Source: Vulcanimicrobiota bacterium
GTDB taxonomy: Bacteria > Vulcanimicrobiota > Vulcanimicrobiia > Vulcanimicrobiales > Vulcanimicrobiaceae
Assembly: GCA_963786105.1 (NCBI GenBank)
Contig: CAWAXX010000014.1
Span: 64,001-128,000 of the forward strand
Direction of reading: 5' to 3'
Length of the DNA stretch: 64,000 nucleotides
Position 1 is the first letter of the stretch; every line of letters starts with the position of its first letter. The notes under the pieces are model-generated. The model worked only from the letters and a program-made list of their open reading frames with translations, was not told the origin of the DNA and did no database searches. Shown one piece after another: positions 20,634 through 28,797 of this stretch. Position numbers and translations under genes: made by a program.

Positions 20634-21616
20634 GGGCCTCGCTATCGCTCGACCTCGACAACCAGTGGTCGTACATGAAAACCCATGGCGACCCCGCTTG
20701 GAAATCGTTTCCGTCGTATCACAACCTCCTGGTTCCGCGCGTGCTCGACCTTCTCGACAAGCTGGGGTTGCGGATAACGTTTTTCCTCGTGGGTCAAGAC
20801 GCCGCGTTGGCCGAGCACGCCGACGTTTTCGCCGAGATCGCTCGCCGCGGGCACGAAATCGGCAACCATTCGCACCATCACGAGCCGTGGATGCACCAAC
20901 GCAGCGAAAGTGCGATCGAAAGCGAGCTTGCGTGCGCCGAGGAATGCATCGAAAAGGCGACCGGGCAGCGGCCACGAGGTTTTCGCGGACCCGGCTTTAC
21001 GCGGTCCGACTCGATTCTGCAGACGCTCGTGCGACGCGGATATCTTTACGACGCGTCGTCGCTCCCGACGTTCATCGGCCCGCTGGCGCGCGCGTACTAC
21101 TTCCGAACTGCGAAGCTCAGCGAAGCCGATCGCCGCGAACGAGAGGACCTCTTCGGTGGGTTCGCAGACGGATTTCGGCCGAATCGGCAGCACACGATCC
21201 GGCTTCAAAACGGATCGATTACGGAGATTCCCGTCACGACGTTTCCGCTCTTTCGCGTCCCGATTCACATTAGCTACGTCCTGTACGCTTCGACGATATC
21301 GCCCGCGGCGGCGCTGGCGTACTTTCGAGCGGCGCTCCTATGGTGCAAGTTGACTCGCACGGAACCGTCGATTCTGCTGCATCCGCTCGATTTTCTGTCG
21401 GGCGACGAATGCCGGGACCTGGCTTTCTTCCCGGCCATGGGCATGAATCCCGAAACCAAGCGCCGCGTGGTAGTCGAATCGATCGAGGCGCTGGCGAGCG
21501 GTTTCGACGTACGGCCGATGATCGATATGGTCGGATCCGCAGGGAACCCTCAGGGAACCAATGGTACGCTTGCAACCGTTTCCTACGATAGAGGCATTAC
21601 GACGAACGTCGGATAG
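20630..21616 (+). CDS. Polysaccharide deacetylase (CE4)
   Basis: LSLDLD, TFFLVG, GHEIGNHSHHH, GFRGPG, YDAS and LLHPLDF motifs. Confidence 0.9.
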   Translation: MRASLSLDLDNQWSYMKTHGDPAWKSFPSYHNLLVPRVLDLLDKLGLRITFFLVGQDAALAEHADVFAEIARRGHEIGNHSHHHEPWMHQRSESAIESELACAEECIEKATGQRPRGFRGPGFTRSDSILQTLVRRGYLYDASSLPTFIGPLARAYYFRTAKLSEADRREREDLFGGFADGFRPNRQHTIRLQNGSITEIPVTTFPLFRVPIHISYVLYASTISPAAALAYFRAALLWCKLTRTEPSILLHPLDFLSGDECRDLAFFPAMGMNPETKRRVVVESIEALASGFDVRPMIDMVGSAGNPQGTNGTLATVSYDRGITTNVG

Positions 21617-21619
21617 GGG

Positions 21620-22834
21620 ATGGCCCGGCCGGCCGCATCGGGTTGCCTTACAAGCGGCCGTGCGTTAGAATGCCGGTTGGTGTCGGAAGCCCGCGAAGTA
21701 TTTCGCGACTCAGGGGACGTGTCGATGGCTGCAAGGACGGTCGGAGTTTCTCCGGTCGCGGTAACGGGTTTCGAAGGGCTCGATCGATCGCGGAGAAAGC
21801 GTATCGAGGCGCTCCTTCGGCGCGTGCTCGGATTGGCGAACGGCAAGGGCTGGGCCCTCGGGCTGTTCGACGTCGAGGGTGACCTTCTCGATTACGACGT
21901 TTCGCGATCGGAAATAGGCGGGCGCCTCGCCCTTTCGCTCCTTTGCAAGGTGCCCTTTCCGGTCACTCAAGGACCGGTCGTGCTGCAGGCCACGATACCG
22001 CCGGCCGCAAACGCGCCGTCGGTGATCGGCGTCGCGACGCCCGCGGGCACCGGCAAATCCCTCGCGTTGATCGTGCAGCTCACGTCGCCTCCCGGGCCCG
22101 CTCCGGGAGAACTCGCCGACGAACTTCAGCGGCTGACGCACCAAATCGCACTCCAGATCACGGACGGGCCGAGTCGCGACGGCGAACGGCGGTCCCCAGC
22201 GCGAAACGGCTTTCACGGGTTCTATCTGCTGGATCCGCGCTTCAACGTGGAGCGCGCGTGGCACACCAGCGAACCGCTTTCGTGCGATTTTGCCGATCTG
22301 ATCGAACCTCGCGACCATCGCCTGCCGCCCGTCCTCGAGCGTGCCGTGCGCCGGCTAACGGCATCCTGGAACTTCCTGAGCGTCGGGGCCTGCGCGACCA
22401 GCGTGGCCTATCCGCTGCCCGATCTCATGCTCAAAGTCGTCCCTATGGCGGCGAGCGGGCCTGAAGTCTACATCGGCGTGTTCGCGGAACAATGCGACCC
22501 CGCGCACGCGATCGAGCGCGCCGCAGCGACCTTCCGGATCTCATCTCGCGAGCGCGAAGTGCTGCACGCGTTGCTCGACGGCAACTCCATCGCCGAGATC
22601 GCCGCCGCCCTCAATTTGGCCGAATCGACCGTGAACGACCACATCGCCCGCATGATATCGAAAACCAACGCTCGCAATCGAATTGAAATGGCGGCGATGC
22701 TGCTGGGTTGGCCGGACATTGCGGAGCGCAACGCCGCCGCACCGCGGAACGGGCGCAGCGTTAAGTCGCGCGTGCGTTGTGCGTGGCGCTACAAAATCGC
22801 CACGACGCCGATGGGACCCGAACCGGTTAGCTAG
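21620..22834 (+). CDS. LuxR-type HTH regulator with unrecognised N-terminal domain(s)
   Basis: ISSREREVLHALLDGNSIAEIAAALNLAESTVNDHIARMISKTNARNR. Start uncertain (possibly 21725). Confidence 0.8.
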   Translation: MARPAASGCLTSGRALECRLVSEAREVFRDSGDVSMAARTVGVSPVAVTGFEGLDRSRRKRIEALLRRVLGLANGKGWALGLFDVEGDLLDYDVSRSEIGGRLALSLLCKVPFPVTQGPVVLQATIPPAANAPSVIGVATPAGTGKSLALIVQLTSPPGPAPGELADELQRLTHQIALQITDGPSRDGERRSPARNGFHGFYLLDPRFNVERAWHTSEPLSCDFADLIEPRDHRLPPVLERAVRRLTASWNFLSVGACATSVAYPLPDLMLKVVPMAASGPEVYIGVFAEQCDPAHAIERAAATFRISSREREVLHALLDGNSIAEIAAALNLAESTVNDHIARMISKTNARNRIEMAAMLLGWPDIAERNAAAPRNGRSVKSRVRCAWRYKIATTPMGPEPVS

Positions 22835-22998
22835 TATCGCGGACGGACGCAAGCGCCGCCCCACGGCGTATGACAAGTTCTTACTACGCGCGCAGGCCGT
22901 TCGTACCGCAAACGCTGCGTAAGTCTCGTAGAGACCTAGGACCACCGGACCAAAAGACTCACGGGAAACCCGGGTTGTCGAGCCGCCCGCAATAATGT

Positions 22999-23012
22999 CA
23001 GACTTAGGTCCT
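22999..23012. promoter_or_regulatory. DevR/NarL-like box upstream of the response regulator
   Basis: CAGACTTAGGTCCT, a near-palindrome. Weaker GGACC copies lie at 22931-22960. Confidence 0.45.
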
Positions 23013-23077
23013 GAAGCCCGCGTAAGACGACGCGGCGCTCTTTATTAGCACTATGCCGCCGGGTGGGTTTTCTCTAG

Positions 23078-23722
23078 ATGGAGTTTCATAACAGGATGTC
23101 TGTAGTAGCAACGTTACCCCTTCGCGTGCTCGTTATCGAGAAGCAAATGCTCTTCGCAAAGGCCGTGGCCCAGGTGCTGTCGGCCGATCCCGACATCAAA
23201 GTCGTGGGTATCGCGAGCGGACGCGATTCGGTCGTTCCAAAGGATGTGGACATCGTCGTTATCGATATCGACACGGAAGAAATCGACGATGTGGTCGAGC
23301 ACTTTAAGGCTAAAGCCCCCGGCGCCCGCATTTGCGCGCTATCGGCGCACACTCAGGGCGAACTCATGCAGCATTGTTTGAGCGCGGGTGCGGACGCCTA
23401 CATCGTTAAGGACTCATCGCTTCAAGAGCTCGTTACCGCCATCAAGACGATCGGCGAGGGCGCCAGCTATGTCGATCCGCGAGTAGCGGCATCGCTGCTG
23501 CGGCGCCGCGGTCCGTCGAACCGCTCGACGAACGAGTTGTCTCCGCGCGAGCGTGAAATCATCCGTCTGATTGCCCAAGGCCTGTCGAATCGCGACATCG
23601 GCCGCCGTCTCGTCCTATCGGAGAAGACGATCAAGAATCACGTGAGCCACATATTTTCGAAGATTCACTGCACCGCGCGCTCGCAAGCGGCGGTTCACGC
23701 GATCAGGATCGGCCTCGCATAG
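23078..23722 (+). CDS. NarL/LuxR-family response regulator (atypical receiver)
   Basis: REC domain (VIDID, ALSA, YIVKD) plus LSPREREIIRLIAQGLSNRDIGRRLVLSEKTIKNHVS. Confidence 0.92.
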   Translation: MEFHNRMSVVATLPLRVLVIEKQMLFAKAVAQVLSADPDIKVVGIASGRDSVVPKDVDIVVIDIDTEEIDDVVEHFKAKAPGARICALSAHTQGELMQHCLSAGADAYIVKDSSLQELVTAIKTIGEGASYVDPRVAASLLRRRGPSNRSTNELSPREREIIRLIAQGLSNRDIGRRLVLSEKTIKNHVSHIFSKIHCTARSQAAVHAIRIGLA

Positions 23723-25149
23723 TCTTGGGCCGGCAAGGAAGGGCTCGCGTCGGGCGGACGAACGGCCGTCGCCACCGCCGACGCGAGCAGCCCGAAGAGG
23801 CCTAGCCAGGCTGCCAGTTGAGGCGCAAAGACCGGCCGGGTCAGGGCAACGGTCGCGCGAAGGTATCTCGCCCACGCAACCGGCGAGAACTCGTCCGGCG
23901 ATGCGTTAAAGGCGTGAGTAACGATTTGGCCGGCGGACGGTCCGGGCGCAACGTGCACGACGAGCACGACGCACACCGTCGTGACAAGCGCACCGATCGA
24001 CGCCACGGTAAGGCGCCGTCCTAAGCTCCCGCCGAGTACCGCAAAGAGCCCTCCGAAAACACCAGCAACGTCGAGCGCGACGGTAGCGCGCGAGATCTTC
24101 TGAGTCCAGACGGCGATCAGAAGCGCCAAAGCGGCCGCTCCGATAACGCGAAACGTTCTTCCCGGCACTCGCGCTGCGATCGCAAGGGCGGCCGGAAGAG
24201 CGATGAGGATCTGAATGTCGTGCAGGTAGATGCCGAAGAACAGCACGGCGGCGGGCGGCAGCAGCGGCACGAGGATATCTTGGCGGCTCCGAGCCGAAAG
24301 CACGCCGGCTAATGCAACTCCGAAGACCGCCGCGAACGTAAACCAAATCTTTCCCAGCAACAGTGCAAGCGGCGGCGCTACGCCGACCATGAACAGCAGC
24401 CGGCTCAGACTATACTGATCGGACGCGACGAGTTCGGCGTTGGCCATCAACGGAAGCACCTGCGCGAAGTACTCTTTGTTTTCCGCCAACCCAAGTGCGG
24501 CGAGACTCAATAGGGCCAGGGCCGCCACCGAAACGATGACCGCGGCGCGCGACCGGTGCACGAACAAGAACATCGCGACGACTGCCGGAACGCCCACGTT
24601 CGGTTGCAAAAGGGCCAGCGATGCTGCACACCCGGCGGCGATCCATCGGTGCTTGGCTAAGAAATACGCGGCAGCGCACATCGCGAGCATCGCGAGTGGC
24701 GCGGTCTCCCCGTACGCGACGTTGAGCAGGGTGAGCGGCGCAAAAGCAAGCAGGATGGCCGTATCGGAAACGTGTATGGCCGCCGCCAAACATCGGGCGC
24801 TTACGACGGCCGCCAACGCGAGAATAATGCAAAAAAGTTCCGCGGCTAACTTGGGCGGCAGCTTTGAGAAGACTGCAAACGGGAGCAGGACGTAACCCGG
24901 AAGGGGCGCCGGTTCTACGTAGCCGGCAGGCATCGCCGTGCGCTCGAGGCCGCGTTCGCAGGATCGCAAGGGCTCGACTCGATACGGATCGTGACGTTCC
25001 CGGACGGCGACGCCCGCGCAGTAGAACGCCTTGAAACTCTGGTGCTCGACGTCTCCTCGCGCGCCTAACGCGAACGCCGCGAGCGTCACCAGCAGTGAGA
25101 CTGCGGCGAAGGCGACGTTTCCGGCGGATCTTCCCACGACGTCGATCAT
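23695..25149 (-). CDS. GT-C membrane glycosyltransferase (GT87-like)
   Basis: Multi-TM protein with FKAFYCAG..V....DPY, PAPLP and YLHD motifs. Confidence 0.7.
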   Translation of the reverse strand: MIDVVGRSAGNVAFAAVSLLVTLAAFALGARGDVEHQSFKAFYCAGVAVRERHDPYRVEPLRSCERGLERTAMPAGYVEPAPLPGYVLLPFAVFSKLPPKLAAELFCIILALAAVVSARCLAAAIHVSDTAILLAFAPLTLLNVAYGETAPLAMLAMCAAAYFLAKHRWIAAGCAASLALLQPNVGVPAVVAMFLFVHRSRAAVIVSVAALALLSLAALGLAENKEYFAQVLPLMANAELVASDQYSLSRLLFMVGVAPPLALLLGKIWFTFAAVFGVALAGVLSARSRQDILVPLLPPAAVLFFGIYLHDIQILIALPAALAIAARVPGRTFRVIGAAALALLIAVWTQKISRATVALDVAGVFGGLFAVLGGSLGRRLTVASIGALVTTVCVVLVVHVAPGPSAGQIVTHAFNASPDEFSPVAWARYLRATVALTRPVFAPQLAAWLGLFGLLASAVATAVRPPDASPSLPAQDYARPILIA

Positions 25150-25220
25150 AGCGGACGGCCGGCATTGCCGGGCAGAGGCCGTGGGGCAAGCTTCTAGTCG
25201 AACGGCTCACATTTCCAACC

Positions 25221-25262
25221 GGGACCTTCGGTTCACGCAATGATGGTTCGGACTTACGTTGG
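25221..25262. promoter_or_regulatory. Paired operator-like boxes in the divergent GT87/GT39 promoter
   Basis: GGGACCTTCGGTTC (25221) and CGGACTTACGTTGG (25249). Same 28-bp offset as the pair at 27127/27155. Confidence 0.5.
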
Positions 25263-26824
25263 CCGGGGGAGGTTCCGAGAGTATAATCGGCCCGGTGACT
25301 TCAGCAAGACAAATTTCCGAAGTGAAAGCCAACCGTCTGTGGTTCGCGTTGATGGCGCTCGGGGTGAACCTCGTCGTCACGCTTCCCCTTGCGGCCGTAC
25401 TGAACATTTGGCAAGACGAAGCCTATACGCTGCAAACGACTAGCCGCGACCTCGGATACGCGTTCGCTCAAGCCATAGGTTTCGAGCAAAATGCGCCCCT
25501 GTATTTCGTTGCGATGACCGTGTGGCGGCATGCCGGCGACGGCATCTTTTTCTTGCGTCTTTTTTCGGTGATTTGCATCGCGGCAACGATCCTGCTTATT
25601 CCGGGACTCGCGCGCCGATACGTTCCTCACGTCGACGGCGTGCTCGTTGCAGCGGTCGTGGCCTGCAATCCTTTCGTCGTCTGGGCGGCCGTCGAACTGC
25701 GCGTCTACGCGATGATCGTTTTGCTGTCCGCACTGCTGCTGCAAACGTTTTTCGATGCCTTCATGGAGGAAAATCCCCGCAGAGGGGCTGCGATTGCGTA
25801 CGCGGTCTGCGTCGGAGTCGCGCTCTATACGCAGTATTACCTGGCGTTTCTGATCGCAGCACAAGGCGCGACGCTTTTGCTTTACAACCGGCGCGCGGTG
25901 CTCGCGTTCGCCCTGGCCGGAGCCGCTGGTGCGCTCGCGTTCGTGCCGATGCTCGCCATCGTCCCAGCTCAGGTGCAGAATTTCAAAAGTATCTTCGCGC
26001 CGCCGTCGATCGTTCAGACGTGCATCAATCTCGCCGGCATTGGATTGCGGTACGTTCTGCCGCTGCCAATTTTGCACGCAAAGAACGCTTACGTGGTGAT
26101 CGTGATCGTTGCGGTGCTCGCGCTGGCCGTTGCACGACCGTCCCTAAGATCGATCGGGAGGAGTCCGATCGTCGCCACGACGGGGTTCGCGTTGGTCTTG
26201 TTCGCCGTCGGTACGTACCTGTCGGGGGTCCACGTCTTGGATCGCCACGCCGCCGCGCTGTACGTGCCCGCCACGCTGACGATCTTCGCCGTGCTCACGA
26301 CGGTGCGGCCACCGAACGGACGCCGCGCCGTACTCGTCTGGTCGGCTCTGGTGATGGCTTTCTCGCTTTTCACGCTGGTCGGAACCTACCGGCACCTTGC
26401 CAAACCCGGCGATTGGGCGCGAGTTGCCGCCTACCTTCGAACTCACGAGCAGCCGGGCGAGCCGATCGCAGTCTTCGAAGCCGAGAACGCGTTGCCGCTT
26501 GCCTACTACTACGGCGGCCCCAATCAGATCGTTCCGATCCCCCACGGGGTCGATTTCCACCGGTACGATATTCGTCGGTTCGTCGTCGAGAACGAGGCGG
26601 AGCTTCAATCGACGGTCCCGGCGGGGCGGCGGCTCTGGCTCGTGACGTCCGGCGAGTGCACCTCGGCAAACGTGCAGTTTGGCTGCAACCGGCTCGAGGA
26701 TTTCGTCGCCCGGCACTACCGAATCGGCTCGGACGCCCAATTTTTGGGCACCCGAATTCGCCTGATCGACCCGATCGGGAGGCCGTCCCGGGGCCCGACC
26801 GACCATAGCCCCCTAAAAAATTAG
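25259..26824 (+). CDS. GT-C glycosyltransferase (GT39/PMT_2-like)
   Basis: IWQDEAYT, PLYF, LRLFSV, ELRVYA and LYTQYY motifs with many TMs. Start may be the GTG at 25322. Confidence 0.82.
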   Translation: MAGGGSESIIGPVTSARQISEVKANRLWFALMALGVNLVVTLPLAAVLNIWQDEAYTLQTTSRDLGYAFAQAIGFEQNAPLYFVAMTVWRHAGDGIFFLRLFSVICIAATILLIPGLARRYVPHVDGVLVAAVVACNPFVVWAAVELRVYAMIVLLSALLLQTFFDAFMEENPRRGAAIAYAVCVGVALYTQYYLAFLIAAQGATLLLYNRRAVLAFALAGAAGALAFVPMLAIVPAQVQNFKSIFAPPSIVQTCINLAGIGLRYVLPLPILHAKNAYVVIVIVAVLALAVARPSLRSIGRSPIVATTGFALVLFAVGTYLSGVHVLDRHAAALYVPATLTIFAVLTTVRPPNGRRAVLVWSALVMAFSLFTLVGTYRHLAKPGDWARVAAYLRTHEQPGEPIAVFEAENALPLAYYYGGPNQIVPIPHGVDFHRYDIRRFVVENEAELQSTVPAGRRLWLVTSGECTSANVQFGCNRLEDFVARHYRIGSDAQFLGTRIRLIDPIGRPSRGPTDHSPLKN

Positions 26825-26921
26825 GCTCTTAGCGCTAGAATATTCGCCCGATAAGGAGTAATCTGGACTCCCCTGGTCAATAATAACTACGGCCTATTTG
26901 TATGCGTGAAAGGTGAGCTCG

Positions 26922-27059
26922 GTGGCGTTTTTATTCGCGATTATCTTATTGTTTGCAAACATGCACCCGGCGGATACGCCGGGCGGTCCCCTCGATACGC
27001 CCGGCGGACCGATCGCTGCGGCGTCGGTCCCGCTTGGGTTGGGAGCGCCGCACCAGTAA
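26922..27059 (+). CDS. 45-aa putative secreted pro-peptide MAFLFAIILLFANMHPADTPGGPLDTPGGPIAAASVPLGLGAPHQ
   Basis: RBS AAGGTG 6 nt before GTG, hydrophobic N-terminus, and a tandem DTPGGP(L/I) repeat whose DTPGGP cores differ only at synonymous third positions. A hairpin follows. Confidence 0.75.
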   Translation: MAFLFAIILLFANMHPADTPGGPLDTPGGPIAAASVPLGLGAPHQ

Positions 27060-27079
27060 ATAGGCGCCGACGAAAATTC

Positions 27080-27106
27080 GAACGAGACCTCAGGGAGGTC
27101 TCGTTC
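27080..27106 (+). terminator. Strong hairpin after the peptide gene (terminator or stabiliser)
   Basis: GAACGAGACCTC-AGG-GAGGTCTCGTTC, a 12-bp perfect stem followed by CGTCTTTAC (weak U-tract). Confidence 0.65.
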
Positions 27107-27126
27107 CGTCTTTACGTTACTCTGAA

Positions 27127-27168
27127 AGGACCCTCGGTTCTCGGGTGTAACTAGCGGACCTTAGATTC
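27127..27168. promoter_or_regulatory. Paired operator-like boxes upstream of the TPR-LuxR gene
   Basis: AGGACCCTCGGTTC (12/14 identical to the 25221 box) and CGGACCTTAGATTC 28 bp downstream. Confidence 0.5.
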
Positions 27169-27170
27169 GG

Positions 27171-28691
27171 GTGCGATCCGCGGTGCAGTATGTACCGTGG
27201 TTAGGAGCAGTTTACTACTTGGGACCGCGCGAGTTATTTAGTACGGGTGAACTTTCCGCATGCGTTGACGCTACCGCCCGAGCTACGTTTATGCCGGAGC
27301 GAGTCTTACACGTTCGCGCGCTGATGCGCTTGGGCCGGCATCGCGAGGCACTAGAAGCGATTGCCGATACTCGCGCGACGACGTTCGAAGATGAGGCTCT
27401 CTTTCGAGCCCTAGAGTCATCGTGTCACGCTTTTCTCGGATCGGTCAATGTCGCGCGCCAGGCCCTGCTCGGCATTGGGAACCGCGCGTATAGTCTGGAT
27501 ACGCGGTACGAGATCGCCCACGCGCGCATGCTCGCCGCCTGGGTAAAGGGCTCGCCGGAAACGATGGAGGCTGCGCTGCGCGAAGTCGACGTCAGCTCGG
27601 CGCCGCACCTATACGGTCACTGGCTGTTCTCGCTTTCCTGGGTCGCATCGTTGCGGGGTGATTACCTCGAACAATTGCAGCTGCTCGAGCAGGCGGCCCG
27701 GCACGTCGCCGCCGTCCCAGCCGCGCAAGACGTGAGCCTGCTGGCCAACGCGACGCGATCCATGATCCATCTGGTACGCGAGATTTCCGCGAACACCACG
27801 CTTGAGTTTGCGATAAAGATGGCCGAATCGATCCCGTGGACGCACGATCTCGAAGTGGAGCGTTTTCTTACCTTCCGGGGCCTCGCGTGGGCACATGCGC
27901 TGCGCGGAGAACACGCGAAGGCCTTTCACTACGCGTATTTTGCGCGCGACATCGCCCCCTCCCTCATGTGGATTACGGCCTCCTACGCAGACCAAGCCTA
28001 TCTCGCGAGAATGGCCGGCGAGAACTCGAGCGCCGATGCGCTGCTGCGCCATGCCGTTGCGTGCGCGCGCGAAACCGACTGGTCGACGATGGGTGAAGAG
28101 CGCGTGGCGCTGCTCAATCTGATCGAACTCCTTTCCGACCGGGACGTCGAGGCCGGAAGCGCGCTGCTCGCAATCTACGACGGGATTCCGATGCCGCTCT
28201 CGCCACGCTTCGCGCTCGCGCGAGATCGACGGCTTCGGGCGATGGAAGAGTACGCGCGCGGTAGCATGCTCGCCGTCTCCGGCGATCGAAATGCGGCGAT
28301 CGATCTCCTGGCCAGCGCCTATTCGACGTTTCAATCGATTCACTATGCGTGGCGAGCGGCGGCCGCGGCGTTGCGCATTCATGCGATTACCGACGATTCT
28401 TCTTGGATGCTCCGCGCCAGCGAGTCGGTCGTCGCATTTCCTGAGAGCTCGGTCGCGGATCAAATTCGCAAGGCGGCCTCGGTAGCCGAAGACGAGCGCA
28501 TCGCTTCGCTCACCCCGGCGCAGCGGCGGGTTTTCGGGCTCATCTGTCAAGGGCTGACCGACAAGCAGGTGGCTCAAAGTCTAGGCATCTCGCCCGAGAC
28601 GGCCAAAAATCACGCCGCCCGCGTCCGGGCCGCATTTGGAGTACACTCCCGAGCCGCGCTCATTGCAGCGGTTCACCGCCAGGCGGTGTAA
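27171..28691 (+). CDS. Helical-repeat (TPR-like) regulator with C-terminal LuxR HTH
   Basis: C-terminal LTPAQRRVFGLICQGLTDKQVAQSLGISPETAKNHAARV. Ala/Leu-rich TPR-like helices (RALMRLGRHREALEAI, YARGSMLAVSGDRNAAIDLL). No REC domain or P-loop. Start may be TTG 27219 (AGGAG upstream). Confidence 0.85.
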   Translation: MRSAVQYVPWLGAVYYLGPRELFSTGELSACVDATARATFMPERVLHVRALMRLGRHREALEAIADTRATTFEDEALFRALESSCHAFLGSVNVARQALLGIGNRAYSLDTRYEIAHARMLAAWVKGSPETMEAALREVDVSSAPHLYGHWLFSLSWVASLRGDYLEQLQLLEQAARHVAAVPAAQDVSLLANATRSMIHLVREISANTTLEFAIKMAESIPWTHDLEVERFLTFRGLAWAHALRGEHAKAFHYAYFARDIAPSLMWITASYADQAYLARMAGENSSADALLRHAVACARETDWSTMGEERVALLNLIELLSDRDVEAGSALLAIYDGIPMPLSPRFALARDRRLRAMEEYARGSMLAVSGDRNAAIDLLASAYSTFQSIHYAWRAAAAALRIHAITDDSSWMLRASESVVAFPESSVADQIRKAASVAEDERIASLTPAQRRVFGLICQGLTDKQVAQSLGISPETAKNHAARVRAAFGVHSRAALIAAVHRQAV

Positions 28692-28797
28692 GCAGGTTCG
28701 CCTGCCCTTTCGCCCCCTAGCCTGAAGGACTCCCGGACCAGAGCGGCTGTGCCTGCCGGGACTTCTAGTTTGGGGGGCGGCGCGCTACCATCGAACC

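Noticed and set aside
26973..27014. Tandem 21-bp repeat as a CRISPR array or DNA-level repeat
   Set aside because: Only two adjacent units, no spacers and no cas genes. The divergence pattern is codon-like.
26906..27154. 82-aa ORF listed in the ORF track
   Set aside because: It has no RBS, runs through the hairpin, and the repeat is not conserved in that frame. The 26922-27059 frame is better supported.
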